In this document: positions 36,198-51,540 of the stretch, piece after piece | Layout: each line of letters begins with the position of its first letter | Numbering within the stretch: the first letter of the stretch is position 1 | Origin: Eledone cirrhosa | Taxonomy: Eukaryota | Assembly: GCA_964016885.1 (NCBI GenBank) | Contig: OZ024745.1 | Location: 118,048,001 to 118,112,000, forward strand | DNA length: 64,000 nt | Direction: 5' to 3' | Notes under the pieces: generated by a model | Databases searched by the model: none | Told to the model about the DNA's origin: nothing | Seen by the model: the letters and a program-made list of their open reading frames with translations, nothing else | Program-made: the position numbers and the translations under genes

Positions 36198-36518
36198 TAC
36201 TGTGGAACCTTGGTTCATGAATGCCCCTCATCAAGAATAAATCAGTTCATGAACAATTTTTTCCGAACATAAAATGTCTTGGGTAACAAATATGCAAGCT
36301 GTCAACAAAGGATGGCAACAAGCTTGGAGTATCAGCGGGAAGAGTCTCTTGCTGTGTAGTTAGTTGCACGGTTATATCTACCTGTCTTTCACACAGAGCC
36401 TCTCTCTCACTGTATTTCTCACTCAAAATTCCGTATGGGAAAAATAGTTTCAGTTTACAAACATTTCGGGTGAATATTTCAAGAATGAATTAAGTTTGTG
36501 AACTGAGGTTCCACTTTA
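36198..36518. mobile_element. Tigger/pogo-type MITE
   Basis: TA-flanked TIRs ctgtggaaccttggttcatgaa / tttgtgaactgaggttccactt. Confidence 0.7.
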
Positions 36519-36578
36519 TATATATGTGTGTGTGGTTTGTTAATTTGTTGCGGAACTAACTTTTTGTGTATGTATATG

Positions 36579-36622
<44 letters not shown>

Positions 36623-36837
36623 GAGAAGAAAGAGGAATACTGCGTGGTTGCACATGGGTTACATCTGATAAAAATAGTCCTTCGTCAGTGATTTTCCAAC
36701 CATCATTGGTATTTCATTGCATGAAGATGTACCCAATAAAACTGTCTCTCTTATTTATTATACACACACACACACACATATATATGCATTGAGTATTTTC
36801 ATCCCTGCATCTAAAATAAGCTTGGATTTTGAGTATA

Positions 36838-37505
36838 TTGGGCGTTGTGTGCAGAAGACTTGTGTAGATTAGAAAGAAACAAAGCTGGCATGCCCCGATG
36901 GATGTGTAATAGTAATGTACGCGAATGGCAAAGCATAAACGAATTGAGAGAGAGAATAAGCATAGAAGGTATCAAATGTTGTGTGCTGGAGAGGAGATTG
37001 CGTTGGTATGGACATGTGATGCATATGAAGGAAAACAGCTGTATAAAAATGTGCAGAGCGATCAAAATTGATGGAGACTACGGAGTGAGTAGATCGAGAA
37101 AAATCTGGGATGAGGTGATAAAAACTGACCTTGTTCACTTACACCTCTCTAAGACAATGTCACTGGATCAAGATCTTTGGCGCTATGTAGTTGTACAGAA
37201 AACCACTTTCCCTTACATACAAGCTTAAACCTACAGTTAGTAGGCACCTCTTAACCCAATATACACCCCACCCCACACACCCTACTCCATCTTACCACTT
37301 CTGTCCACTGTAAAAAGGTTCCCAGTCCACACTGTAAAAGTGGTTTATGTTAGGAAGGGCATCCAGCCATAGAAAAACTGCCAGAAACAGTTCTGTATGA
37401 GCGAGACATGGTCACTCGACCAATCTTGCCTCAAGTGGGACAAACTCATCCAACCCATGATAAGTGTGGAAGATAGACGTTAAATGATGATGATGATGAT
37501 GATGA
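36838..37505 (+). mobile_element. 5'-truncated RTE LINE
   Basis: LERNKAGMPRWMC...RRLRWYGHVMHM; 3'UTR and (GAT)n tail. Confidence 0.9.
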
Positions 37506-37903
37506 TTGAGTAATATTGCTTCATATGAATTAAAAGCAGAAGGTTTATAATATCAGGTTATTTGTGAATTTTGATATGAGATAGCAAGATGTATGAGGTC
37601 TCTCTGTAGCAGACATGTTTATGAGGTAAAACTGTAACAACAGACGAAAGGAAAGAAGACGAGAAAAGACAAAAATATATACCTGAGAATATTGAAGAAT
37701 GACGAAACAGAAAAAATATCTAAATATGTGGCAAATTTTCAGTAAATGACATTGGCAAAGATTGCAGAATCAAGGTAGCAGCTCTTAAAAATGCTTTTAC
37801 GTGATTTAATGTACACTTTTGTAATATTTGCAGTGAATATACTATTTTATATAGAAATGGGTGTTTGTGCAGGCAATTTGTGTCTGTATGAATATATATA
37901 TGA

Positions 37904-37940
<37 letters not shown>

Positions 37941-38620
37941 CATGTGTGTATATGTGTGTCTCTCTGTGTGTATATGTTTGTGTATATATACACGTATTTG
38001 TATGTGTTTGTGACTATATATATACGTGTTTGTATGTGTTTGTGTATATATATATGTGTGTGTGTGTGTTTGGGTGTATATATACACGTGTTTCTATGTA
38101 TTTGTGTATGTATACATGTGTGTGTATGCTATTGTAAATTACAAATGCCTTGAGCAGAAGCCCAAGTAGACAGTGATGAAATAATGTTGTATATTAGGCG
38201 ATAAAGAAGCAGATGGGGAGTGGAAGATATAATAATAGTAAAGAAGTATAACACATTGAGGCTATCCGGAAATTGATTTATCAGGTTTGTCAAAATGGGA
38301 AGAAGTAGAATGTGGAATGTTAGTTTTTTAGAAAGTTTTTACTCTAATATTCTTCAGGGAGAAAATGAGAGAAAAGAAGTATTTGAGATTGAATTATGAG
38401 ACAAAGTGACAGTAAAAATATCTGAATGTTGTTGTTAACAACTGCATCTGAAATGAAATGATATATTGGTTAGTATAAACCTCTGAGATAATAGAGAGAA
38501 GTGAGGGGAAGGGGCTGAGAGTTTCACTGTGAAAGGTTGCGAAACGAAATATTACATTTTGGTCAAAAAGTTAATCTATTACAAAATGTACAAATGAATG
38601 AAACGGTACAAATCATGTAT

Positions 38621-41600
38621 GATGGTTATTAATATAGACCAGGTGAGAATGGTTAATAATATAGACAGGGTGAGAATGTTATTAATATAGACCAGGTGAG
38701 AATGATATTAATATAGACCAGGTGAGACTGACATTAATATAGACAGGGTGAGAATGGTTAATAATATAGACCAGGTGAGAATGACATTAATATAGACAGG
38801 GTGAGAATGGTTAGTAATATAGACCAGGTGAGAATGACATTAATATAGACCAGGTGAGAATGGTTAATAATATAGACCAGGTGAGAATGACATTAATATA
38901 GACCAGGTGAGAATGACATTAATATAGACCAGGTGAGAATGGTTAATAATATAGACCAGGTGAGAATGGTTAATAATATAGACCAGGTGAGAATGGTTAA
39001 TAATATAGACCAGGTGAGAATGATATTAATATAGACCAGGTGAGAATGATATTAATATAGACCAGGTGAGAATGGCATTAATATAGACCAGGTGAGAATG
39101 GTTAGTAATATAAACCAGGTGAGAATGTTATTAATATAGACCAGGTGAGACTGACATTAATATAGACCAGGTGAGAATGGTTAATAATATAGACCAGGTG
39201 AGAATGATATTAATATAGACCAGGTGAGACTGACATTAATATAGACCAGGTGAGAATGGTTAGTAATATAGACCAGGTGAGAATGGTTAGTAATATAAAC
39301 CAGGTGAGAATGGTTAGTAATATAGACCAGGTGAGAATGACATTAATATAGACCAGGTGAGAATGGTTAGTAATATAAACCAGGTGAGAATGTTATTAAT
39401 ATAGACCAGGTGAGAATGGTTAGTAATATAGACCAGGTGAGAATAACATTAATATAGACCAGGTGAGAATGTTATTAATATAGACCAGGTGAGAATAACA
39501 TTAATATAGACCAGGTGAGAATGTTATTAATATAGACCAGGTGAGAATGTTATTAATATAGACCAGGTGAGAATGGTTAATAATATAGACCAGGTGAGAA
39601 TGGTTAATAATATAGACCAGGTGAGAATGGTTAATAATATAGACCAGGTGAGAATGTTATTAATATAGACCAGGTGAGAATGGTTAATAATATAGACCAG
39701 GTGAGACTGACATTAATATAGACCAGGTGAGAATGGTTAATAATATAGACCAGGTGAGACTGACATTAATATAGACCAGGTGAGAATGGTTAATAATATA
39801 GACCAGGTGAGAATAACATTAATATAGACCAGGTGAGAATGGTTAATAATATAGACCAGGTGAGAATGTTATTAATATAGACCAGGTGAGAATGACATTA
39901 ATATAGACCAGGTGAGAATGACATTAATATAGACCAGGTGAGAATGGCATTAATATAGACCAGGTGAGAATAGTTATTAATATAGACCAGGTGAGAATGG
40001 TTAATAATATAGACCAGGTGAGAATGACATTAATATAGACCAGGTGAGAATAGTTATTAATATAGACCAGGTGAGAATGGTTAATAATATAGACCAGGTG
40101 AGAAGGAAATTCAATTAGACCAGGTAAGACTGACATTAATATAGACCAGGTGAGGATGACATTAATATAGAGCAGGTGAGGTTGATTATTAATATAGACC
40201 AGGTAAAAATGACATTAATATAGACCAGGGGAGAATGGTTATTTATATAGACCAGGTGAGAATTACATTAATTTAGACCAGGTGAGAATTACATTAATTT
40301 AGACCAGGTAAGAATGACATTAATATAGACCAGGTGGGAATGACATTAATTTAGACCAGGTGAGAATGGTTAATAATATAGACCAGGTGAGAATTACATT
40401 AATTTAGACCAGGTGAGAATGACATTAATTTAGACCAGGTGAGAATTACATTAATTTAGACAGGTGAGAATGGTACATAATATAGACCAGGTGAGAATGG
40501 TTAATAATATAGACCAGGTGAGAATGACATTAATATAGACCAGGTGAGAATGACATTAATAGAGACAGGTGAGAATGGTTAATAATATAGACCAGGTGAG
40601 AATGGCAATTAATATAGACCAGGTGAGACTGACATTAATATAGACCAGGTGAGAATGGTAATTAATATAGACCAGGTGAGAATGTTATTAATATAGACCA
40701 GGTGAGACTGACATTAATATAGACCAGGTGAGAATGACATTAATATAGACCAGGTGAGAATGTTATTAATATAGACCAGGTGAGAATGGTTAGTAATATA
40801 AACCAGGTGAGACTGACATTAATATAGACCAGGTGAGAATGGTAATTAATATAGACCAGGTGAGAATGACATTAATATAGACCAGGTGAGAATGGTAATT
40901 AATATAGACCAGGTGAGAATGACATTAATATAGACCAGGTGAGAATGGTAATTAATATAGACCAGGTGAGAATGTTATTAATATAGACCAGGTGAGAATG
41001 GTTAATAATATAGACCAGGTGAGAATGGTTATTAATATAGACCAGGTGAGAATGTTATTAATATAGACCAGGTGAGAATGGTTAATAATATAGACCAGGT
41101 GAGAATGGTTAGTAATATAGACCAGGTGAGAATGGTTATTAATATAGACCAGGTGAGAATGTTATTAATATAGACCAGGTGAGAATGACATTAATATAGA
41201 CCAGGTGAGACTGACATTAATATAGACCAGGTGAGAATGGTTATTAATATTGGGCAGGTGAGAATGTTATTAATATAGACCAGGTGAGAATGACATTAAT
41301 ATAGACCAGGTGAGAATGACATTAATATAGACCAGGTGAGAATGGTTAGTAATATAGACCAGGTGAGAATGACATTAATATAGACCAGGTGAGAATGGTT
41401 ATTAATATTGGGCAGGTGAGAATGTTATTAATATAGACCAGGTAATACTGACATTAATATAGACCAGGTGAGAATGTTATTAATATAGACCAGGTGAGAA
41501 TGGTTAATAATATAGACCAGGTGAGAATGGTTATTAATATAGACCAGGTAATACTGACATTAATATAGACCAGGTGAGAATGGTTATTAATATAGACCAG

Positions 41601-44600
41601 GTGAGAATGACATTAATATAGACCAGGTGAGAATGGTTATTAATATAGACCAGGTGAGAATGACATTAATATAGACCAGGTGAGAATGGTTATTAATATA
41701 GACCAGGTGAGAATGACATTAATATAGACCAGGTGAGAAGGACATTAATATAGACCAGGTGAGAATGACATTAATATAGACCAGGTGAGAATGGTTATTA
41801 ATATAGACCAGGTGAGAATGACATTAATATAGACCAGGTGAGAATGTTATTAATATAGACCAGGTAATACTGACATTAATATAGACCAGGTGAGAATGGT
41901 AATTAATATAGACCAGGTGAGAATGGTAATTAATATAGACCAGGTGAGAATGGTAATTAATATAGACCAGGTGAGAATGGTTATTAATATAGACCAGGTG
42001 AGAATGACATTAATATAGACCAGGTGAGAATGACATTAATATAGACCAGGTGAGAATGACATTAATATAGACCAGGTGAGAATGGCATTAATATAGACCA
42101 GGTGAGAATGACATTAATATAGACCAGGTGAGAATGTTATTAATATAGACCAGGTAATACTGACATTAATATAGACCAGGTGAGAATGTTATTAATATAG
42201 ACCAGGTAATACTGACATTAATATAGACCAGGTGAGAATGTTATTAATATAAACCAGGTAAGAATGACATTAATATAGACCAGGTGAGAATGACATTAAT
42301 ATAGACCAGGTAAGACTGACATTAAGATAGACCAGGTGAGAATGGCATTAATATAGACCAGGTGAGAATGGCATTAATATAGACCAGGTGAGAATGATAT
42401 TAATATAGACCAGGTGAGAATGGTTAATAATATAGACCAGGTATGACTTACCTTAATATAGACCAGGTGAGAATGACATTAATATAGACCAGGTGAGAAT
42501 GGTTAATAATATAGACCAGGTGAGAATGTTAATAATATAGACCAGGTGAGAATGGTTAATAATATAGACCAGGTGAGAATGTTAATAATATAGACCAGGT
42601 GAGAATGGTTAATAATATAGACCAGGTGAGAATGTTAATAATATAGACCAGGTGAGAATGGTTAATAATATAGACCAGGTGAGAATGTTAATAATATAGA
42701 CCAGGTGAGAATGGTTAATAATATAAACCAGGTGAGAATGTTATTAATATAGACCAGGTGAGAATGTTATTAATATAGACCAGGTGAGAATGTTATTAAT
42801 ATAGACCAGGTGAGACTGACATTAATATCGACCAGGTGAGAATGTTATTAATATAGACCAGGTGAGAATCACATTAATATAGACCAGGTGAGAATGTTAT
42901 TAATATAGACCAGGTGAGAATGACATTAATATAGACCAGGTGAGAATGTTATTAATATAGACCAGGTGAGAATGTTATTAATATAGACCAGGTGAGAATG
43001 ACATTAATATAGACCAGGTGAGAATGGTTAATAATATAGACCAGGTGAGAATGGTTATTAATATAGACCAGGTGAGAATGGTTAGTAATATAGACCAGGT
43101 GAGAATGGTTATTAATATAGACCAGGTGAGAATGACATTAATATAGACCAGGTGAGAATGACATTAATTTAGACCAGGTGAGAATGACATTAATTTAGAC
43201 CAGGTAAGAATGACATTAATATAGACCAGGTGAAAATGACATTAAAATAGACCAGGTGAGAATGATATTAATAGAGACAGGTGAGAATGGTACATAATAT
43301 AGACCAGGTGAGAATGGCATTAATATAGACCAGGTAATACTGGCATTAATATAGACCAGGTGAGAATTACATTAATATAGACCAGGTGAGAATGGTTAAT
43401 AATATAGACCAGGTGAGACTGACATTAATATAGACCAGGTGAGAATGGTTAATAATATAGACCAGGTGAGACTGACATTAATATAGACCAGGTGAGAATG
43501 GTTAATAATATAGACCAGGTGAGAATAACATTAATATAGACCAGGTGAGAATGGTTAATAATATAGACCAGGTGAGAATGTTATTAATATAGACCAGGTG
43601 AGAATGACATTAATATAGACCAGGTGAGAATGACATTAATATAGACCAGGTGAGAATGGCATTAATATAGACCAGGTGAGAATAGTTATTAATATAGACC
43701 AGGTGAGAATGGTTAATAATATAGACCAGGTGAGAATGACATTAATATAGACCAGGTGAGAATAGTTATTAATATAGACCAGGTGAGAATGGTTAATAAT
43801 ATAGACCAGGTGAGAAGGAAATTCAATTAGACCAGGTAAGACTGACATTAATATAGACCAGGTGAGGATGACATTAATATAGAGCAGGTGAGGTTGATTA
43901 TTAATATAGACCAGGTAAAAATGACATTAATATAGACCAGGGGAGAATGGTTATTTATATAGACCAGGTGAGAATTACATTAATTTAGACCAGGTGAGAA
44001 TTACATTAATTTAGACCAGGTAAGAATGACATTAATATAGACCAGGTGGGAATGACATTAATTTAGACCAGGTGAGAATGGTTAATAATATAGACCAGGT
44101 GAGAATTACATTAATTTAGACCAGGTGAGAATGACATTAATTTAGACCAGGTGAGAATTACATTAATTTAGACAGGTGAGAATGGTACATAATATAGACC
44201 AGGTGAGAATGGTTAATAATATAGACCAGGTGAGAATGACATTAATATAGACCAGGTGAGAATGACATTAATAGAGACAGGTGAGAATGGTTAATAATAT
44301 AGACCAGGTGAGAATGGCAATTAATATAGACCAGGTGAGACTGACATTAATATAGACCAGGTGAGAATGGTAATTAATATAGACCAGGTGAGAATGTTAT
44401 TAATATAGACCAGGTGAGACTGACATTAATATAGACCAGGTGAGAATGACATTAATATAGACCAGGTGAGAATGTTATTAATATAGACCAGGTGAGAATG
44501 GTTAGTAATATAAACCAGGTGAGACTGACATTAATATAGACCAGGTGAGAATGGTAATTAATATAGACCAGGTGAGAATGACATTAATATAGACCAGGTG

Positions 44601-47460
44601 AGAATGGTAATTAATATAGACCAGGTGAGAATGACATTAATATAGACCAGGTGAGAATGGTAATTAATATAGACCAGGTGAGAATGTTATTAATATAGAC
44701 CAGGTGAGAATGGTTAATAATATAGACCAGGTGAGAATGGTTATTAATATAGACCAGGTGAGAATGTTATTAATATAGACCAGGTGAGAATGGTTAATAA
44801 TATAGACCAGGTGAGAATGGTTAGTAATATAGACCAGGTGAGAATGGTTATTAATATAGACCAGGTGAGAATGTTATTAATATAGACCAGGTGAGAATGA
44901 CATTAATATAGACCAGGTGAGACTGACATTAATATAGACCAGGTGAGAATGGTTATTAATATTGGGCAGGTGAGAATGTTATTAATATAGACCAGGTGAG
45001 AATGACATTAATATAGACCAGGTGAGAATGACATTAATATAGACCAGGTGAGAATGGTTAGTAATATAGACCAGGTGAGAATGACATTAATATAGACCAG
45101 GTGAGAATGGTTATTAATATTGGGCAGGTGAGAATGTTATTAATATAGACCAGGTAATACTGACATTAATATAGACCAGGTGAGAATGTTATTAATATAG
45201 ACCAGGTGAGAATGGTTAATAATATAGACCAGGTGAGAATGGTTATTAATATAGACCAGGTAATACTGACATTAATATAGACCAGGTGAGAATGGTTATT
45301 AATATAGACCAGGTGAGAATGACATTAATATAGACCAGGTGAGAATGGTTATTAATATAGACCAGGTGAGAATGACATTAATATAGACCAGGTGAGAATG
45401 GTTATTAATATAGACCAGGTGAGAATGACATTAATATAGACCAGGTGAGAAGGACATTAATATAGACCAGGTGAGAATGACATTAATATAGACCAGGTGA
45501 GAATGGTTATTAATATAGACCAGGTGAGAATGACATTAATATAGACCAGGTGAGAATGTTATTAATATAGACCAGGTAATACTGACATTAATATAGACCA
45601 GGTGAGAATGGTAATTAATATAGACCAGGTGAGAATGGTAATTAATATAGACCAGGTGAGAATGGTAATTAATATAGACCAGGTGAGAATGGTTATTAAT
45701 ATAGACCAGGTGAGAATGACATTAATATAGACCAGGTGAGAATGACATTAATATAGACCAGGTGAGAATGACATTAATATAGACCAGGTGAGAATGGCAT
45801 TAATATAGACCAGGTGAGAATGACATTAATATAGACCAGGTGAGAATGTTATTAATATAGACCAGGTAATACTGACATTAATATAGACCAGGTGAGAATG
45901 TTATTAATATAGACCAGGTAATACTGACATTAATATAGACCAGGTGAGAATGTTATTAATATAAACCAGGTAAGAATGACATTAATATAGACCAGGTGAG
46001 AATGACATTAATATAGACCAGGTAAGACTGACATTAAGATAGACCAGGTGAGAATGGCATTAATATAGACCAGGTGAGAATGGCATTAATATAGACCAGG
46101 TGAGAATGATATTAATATAGACCAGGTGAGAATGGTTAATAATATAGACCAGGTATGACTTACCTTAATATAGACCAGGTGAGAATGACATTAATATAGA
46201 CCAGGTGAGAATGGTTAATAATATAGACCAGGTGAGAATGTTAATAATATAGACCAGGTGAGAATGGTTAATAATATAGACCAGGTGAGAATGTTAATAA
46301 TATAGACCAGGTGAGAATGGTTAATAATATAGACCAGGTGAGAATGTTAATAATATAGACCAGGTGAGAATGGTTAATAATATAGACCAGGTGAGAATGT
46401 TAATAATATAGACCAGGTGAGAATGGTTAATAATATAAACCAGGTGAGAATGTTATTAATATAGACCAGGTGAGAATGTTATTAATATAGACCAGGTGAG
46501 AATGTTATTAATATAGACCAGGTGAGACTGACATTAATATCGACCAGGTGAGAATGTTATTAATATAGACCAGGTGAGAATCACATTAATATAGACCAGG
46601 TGAGAATGTTATTAATATAGACCAGGTGAGAATGACATTAATATAGACCAGGTGAGAATGTTATTAATATAGACCAGGTGAGAATGTTATTAATATAGAC
46701 CAGGTGAGAATGACATTAATATAGACCAGGTGAGAATGGTTAATAATATAGACCAGGTGAGAATGGTTATTAATATAGACCAGGTGAGAATGGTTAGTAA
46801 TATAGACCAGGTGAGAATGGTTATTAATATAGACCAGGTGAGAATGACATTAATATAGACCAGGTGAGAATGACATTAATTTAGACCAGGTGAGAATGAC
46901 ATTAATTTAGACCAGGTAAGAATGACATTAATATAGACCAGGTGAAAATGACATTAAAATAGACCAGGTGAGAATGATATTAATAGAGACAGGTGAGAAT
47001 GGTACATAATATAGACCAGGTGAGAATGGCATTAATATAGACCAGGTAATACTGGCATTAATATAGACCAGGTGAGAATTACATTAATATAGACCAGGTG
47101 AGAATGGTAATTAATATAGACCAGGTGAGAATGGTTATTAATATAGACCAGGTGAGAATGGTAATTAATATAGACCAGGTGAGAATGGTTATTAATATAG
47201 ACCAGGTGAGAATGGTAATTAATATAGACCAGGTGAGAATGACATTAATATAGACCAGGTGAGAATGGTTAGTAATATAGACCAGGTGAGAATCACATTA
47301 ATATAGACCAGGTGAGAATCACATTAATATAGACCAGGTGAGAATCACATTAATATAGACCAGGTAAGAATGACATTAATATAGACAGGTAAAAATGTTG
47401 TCAATACATCATGTTAGAATAGCATTAATATAGATCAGGTGAGAATTACATCTGTATAAA
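38621..47460. repeat. Satellite of 22-23 bp units (aatatagaccaggtgagaatg + acatt/ttatt/gttaat), roughly 390 copies
   Basis: Directly visible; degenerates at the right edge. Confidence 0.98.
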
Positions 47461-47891
47461 TCAGGTGGGAATGGCATCCGTAAATATTAGGCATCATTTT
47501 CGCAACAGCAGAAATAATCAGGATTAGTTGGAATTCATGAAAGCCATAGGAAGAAGTGAATCATTAATGACTTATAGCAGTACCATCATCAACTTCCATA
47601 ATAGGAATACACTAGAGAAGGGAAGATATAGGAATATCAATGTTTTACATATAGTTATTGTGGTTAGTTTCAGTTCAAACCTGATCAAACAGATTTAGGA
47701 TCATGAGGCATTTCAGCCATGAATATATCATCTTTTGAAAGTTATCTACAACTACATTTTCTGTGTGTCTTTCCCATTTTTAAGATGGGGAAGTATGTTT
47801 TAAAAGAAATGTGGCTGCTATTTTTAGCAGGTTGGTGATCCATATAGAGGTACCCTCATTGACTTAGGTATATATAGTTATTCATATAGAT

Positions 47892-48230
47892 CAGAGTTTC
47901 TCAAACTTTTGGGGTCACTGCCCCCCTCCCTCATGGCCTTGTAACACCCTCAGCTCCTCCACCCCTATCTCCAAAGTGACCTGCTTACACACAAATTGTA
48001 AATAATATACAAATAAAATTATTAGTTTATATATAATAAATAATATAATATATACTTTGTATAAATAAATATTATATATATTTTTTATTTTACTATATTT
48101 CATATTTAGTGTGTATTATTTGATATTTAATATAATATTATATCATCTCTACCACCACGTTAGGCCCCAGTGCACCCTGGAACTTCTCAATGCTCACCAG
48201 TGGCGGTAGCGCCCATTTTGAGAACTTCTG
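47892..48230. mobile_element. hAT (Charlie-like) MITE
   Basis: TIR cagagtttctcaaa / tttgagaacttctg; 8-bp TSD atatagat / atatacat. Confidence 0.75.
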
Positions 48231-48249
48231 ATATACATAACAGTAAAGT

Positions 48250-49390
48250 TATAGTGGAACTTATGCAATGAAAGGAATTACTTAATAACTTGATGCAATT
48301 TGGTTTTGTTGTCAGTCACAGAACCGTGGTTACTTCTGGCAAGACAGCAGTAAAGTATAAACAACTTTATCTGGCATTTACTAATTTTATGGCTAACATA
48401 ATCTATGAGAGAATTAAAAATAGAGAGATTGGCAGTGACCTCAGCAAAGATTATAATATGTGAATATCTACAAGCATCTCTTACAAGCCAGTTTTATTTT
48501 CATTCCAGCTTTTGTGACCATTATAAAGAATTCAAGACATAATATTGTATACTGATAAGCTGGTTCTGTTGAAGAACTACACAGAAGTCTAAAACTTGAA
48601 AACATTCAGCATTAAGGCTCGAAAGAGATGAAAAACAGAACAACTCTTGTTTACAACAGCCAAAGATTTCCAACTATATTTAGGTAATGGCCTTGTCTAT
48701 ACTGGAAAGAAGTAGAAAATATATGCTGTACAATCAAAATGTACACAAATTGTATGGTTGGACGTCTGATAGAAAGAGATAGAGAGAGAGAGAATCAGAG
48801 AATTTAACAAATTTGAGGACTCTGCAATAAAAACAGCAGGTACAGTCATTAAATGAATATTATGGACTGTTTGGATGGCTTAATTTCTGTTATGAAAGCA
48901 ATATAGTTATTGCTTGAAGTAAGGCTTGTAATAGTATAATTACTAAAGTTTCAAGAGTATAAAAAGACTATTCGGGCATTTACTAGTTTGGTTAGCCATA
49001 CAGAGGCTGTCCTTCCATATGAAAGATAAACTACATTACACACAAGAAAGATGTGTGATGCTATATGGCAGTGAATGCTGAGAAATGCATATCAGTGGAG
49101 CAAGAAATAGCTGGTTTTGATTCATTGGATGGACAATGATAAATTACAAGATATGGTGAGTACAAGAGACTTGAAAAAGCAATACTGCAGCAAAGGTTTA
49201 CTAGAAGAAAACAAAAAATAAAATAAAATGAGGGCCATGAGACAGATATAGAAGGTCATTTATAATAGAGGTTGGCAGAAGAAATAAAAATTTAGAAAGG
49301 AAAATCTTTTATATCCGACATGATAGATACATTGGGCTTCACATACATTTTAAAGGTATGTGGGAAGATGTACTGTAGGCCGGTCACATA
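48250..49390 (+). pseudogene. Highly decayed RTE relic
   Basis: Remnants such as cttgatgcaatttggtttt (MQFGF) and gatgctatatggcagtga (MLYGSE) in RTE order. Confidence 0.45.
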
Positions 49391-49587
49391 CATGGCAAGA
49401 TAGAACATTATATATTGAAAGGTTGATAATGTTTATATGTGTGTGTGTACGTGTGGGTGTTTATGTGTGTGTGGTTGTTTGCATGTTGAGTTGTATATTA
49501 TATATATGTATGTATATAGTCCTGGTTTCTATTTCTAATTCTTTATTATATATATCATATTTGCAACAACACAGCTCGCCATTTTTC

Positions 49588-50080
<493 letters not shown>

Positions 50081-50122
50081 ACCACTGATGATGTTGCAGA
50101 TGTGCAATGAAAGAACTTTGTT
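50081..50122 (+). ncRNA. Degenerate minimal hammerhead directly after (TA)n
   Basis: acca CTGATGA t-gttgca-gatg-tgcaat GAAA gaac TT tgtt; stems I and III are weak. Confidence 0.45.
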
Positions 50123-50299
50123 AGACTATATATAAATATTTATATCTGTATTTTTAACCGCTGGTCAGTCAATGATAAACATTAATTGCCAAATAAGTTA
50201 CCTGTGGAGATATAAAAGATGCAAAAGCGAAAACCAACCAAACAGTGAGTGTGTTCTGTTATTATTTCTGGCAATATTATTACAACAATATGACCCTTC

Positions 50300-50350
<51 letters not shown>

Positions 50351-50739
50351 AAAAAGAAATATATATATATATATATATATTCCCTGCTTAATAGGAAGTG
50401 TCTGCTTATTATCAGACATTTGTAATCACATGTGTATCCAATTTAAAATAGGTACACTGTATTTCTGTATTTTGAAAGAAGCAACTAAAAGTGTGGGTGA
50501 CAGGAAGGACATCCAAGTCTAAAACATTGCCTCACAAAGGGTTCCATGGTAAATATATGGACCCTGTTATGGGGCCTACGAGGTTAACCACTACTTTAAC
50601 AGGGAAAATGGCTTTAAAATGCTTATTGTTGTTGTTGATTATTATCAAACTACTAAGTCAATTACTTGATTTCTCATAAACAGAGGTACTTGACAAATAA
50701 TGACCAATGTAAATGAATTGGGAAATGACCGAAAAATTA

Positions 50740-51115
50740 CGATCATGAATACAAGCTGCCAAAATGGGATCATCCAAGGGGTCTTTGGAGTAATATTACT
50801 TGATAGAGTGTGTGGCTCGGAAATCAGAGAATCACTCCAGGTAGAGCTGTTACTTCTCTGAATTGAGAGATCGCAGTTCCGATACTATGGCCTTGTGGTT
50901 ATAATGTCTCACGGAAAGAAACCAACCGGCAGGAGAGCCAGGGGTAGACCTTGAGAAAGATAGTTGGATAACATCCATGAGCTTGACTGGTCTCGCTTGG
51001 CTATCCAGCCGGATCGGTTGGAGACGATTGCTTCTGACAGGACCCACTGGAAGGAGTGTTTGAGGACTCTGCCCCTCAGGAATAAGTGGGCAAAGAGGGA
51101 GAAGAAAAAGAAGAC
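50740..51115 (+). pseudogene. 3' fragment of a different RTE-like LINE family
   Basis: EIRESLQVELLLL*IERSQFRYYGLV...GRRARGRP*ER*LDNI...DRTHWK. Confidence 0.7.
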
Positions 51116-51540
51116 CTAGTGCAATGAAAATATTCTTTAGGCCAAACTTTCCTAAATGGCTGAATTAAGGAAACATCTGTCACTTACACCTTAATGATGT
51201 GTGTGTATATATATATATGTGAAGGTATGTATATTCACTCTGATAGTTTGTATAATTTTGTACATAGATCTTTTGAATATGCATACCAATTCTAACACAT
51301 ATATGTCCTAGAAACGATCGTAAAATAATGAACTTTTTTTGTTTAATATAAGGAACTGTTTCTTTGTTTATTCATTATTTTTTAAATAATTTATCTTGAC
51401 TCTGTATTCCGTTTATCTTTCACCGAAAGTGATTTTTGAATGCATCTCTTCTTTTCATGATATCCGGATTACATTGAGTTCTTCATACGGATTGGACACT
51501 ACCATAAACTCTTGGTAGATTTATCTACATATATATATAT

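Noticed and set aside
38621-47460. CRISPR-like repeat/spacer array
   Set aside because: The variable part is only 5-8 nt from a few recurring alleles, there are no unique spacers or cas genes, and the context is eukaryotic.
51311-51330. GAAA-cgatcg-TA ribozyme 3' halves (also ~11365 and ~15950 on minus)
   Set aside because: No matching CUGANGA half; probably truncated relics, so not called as ribozymes.
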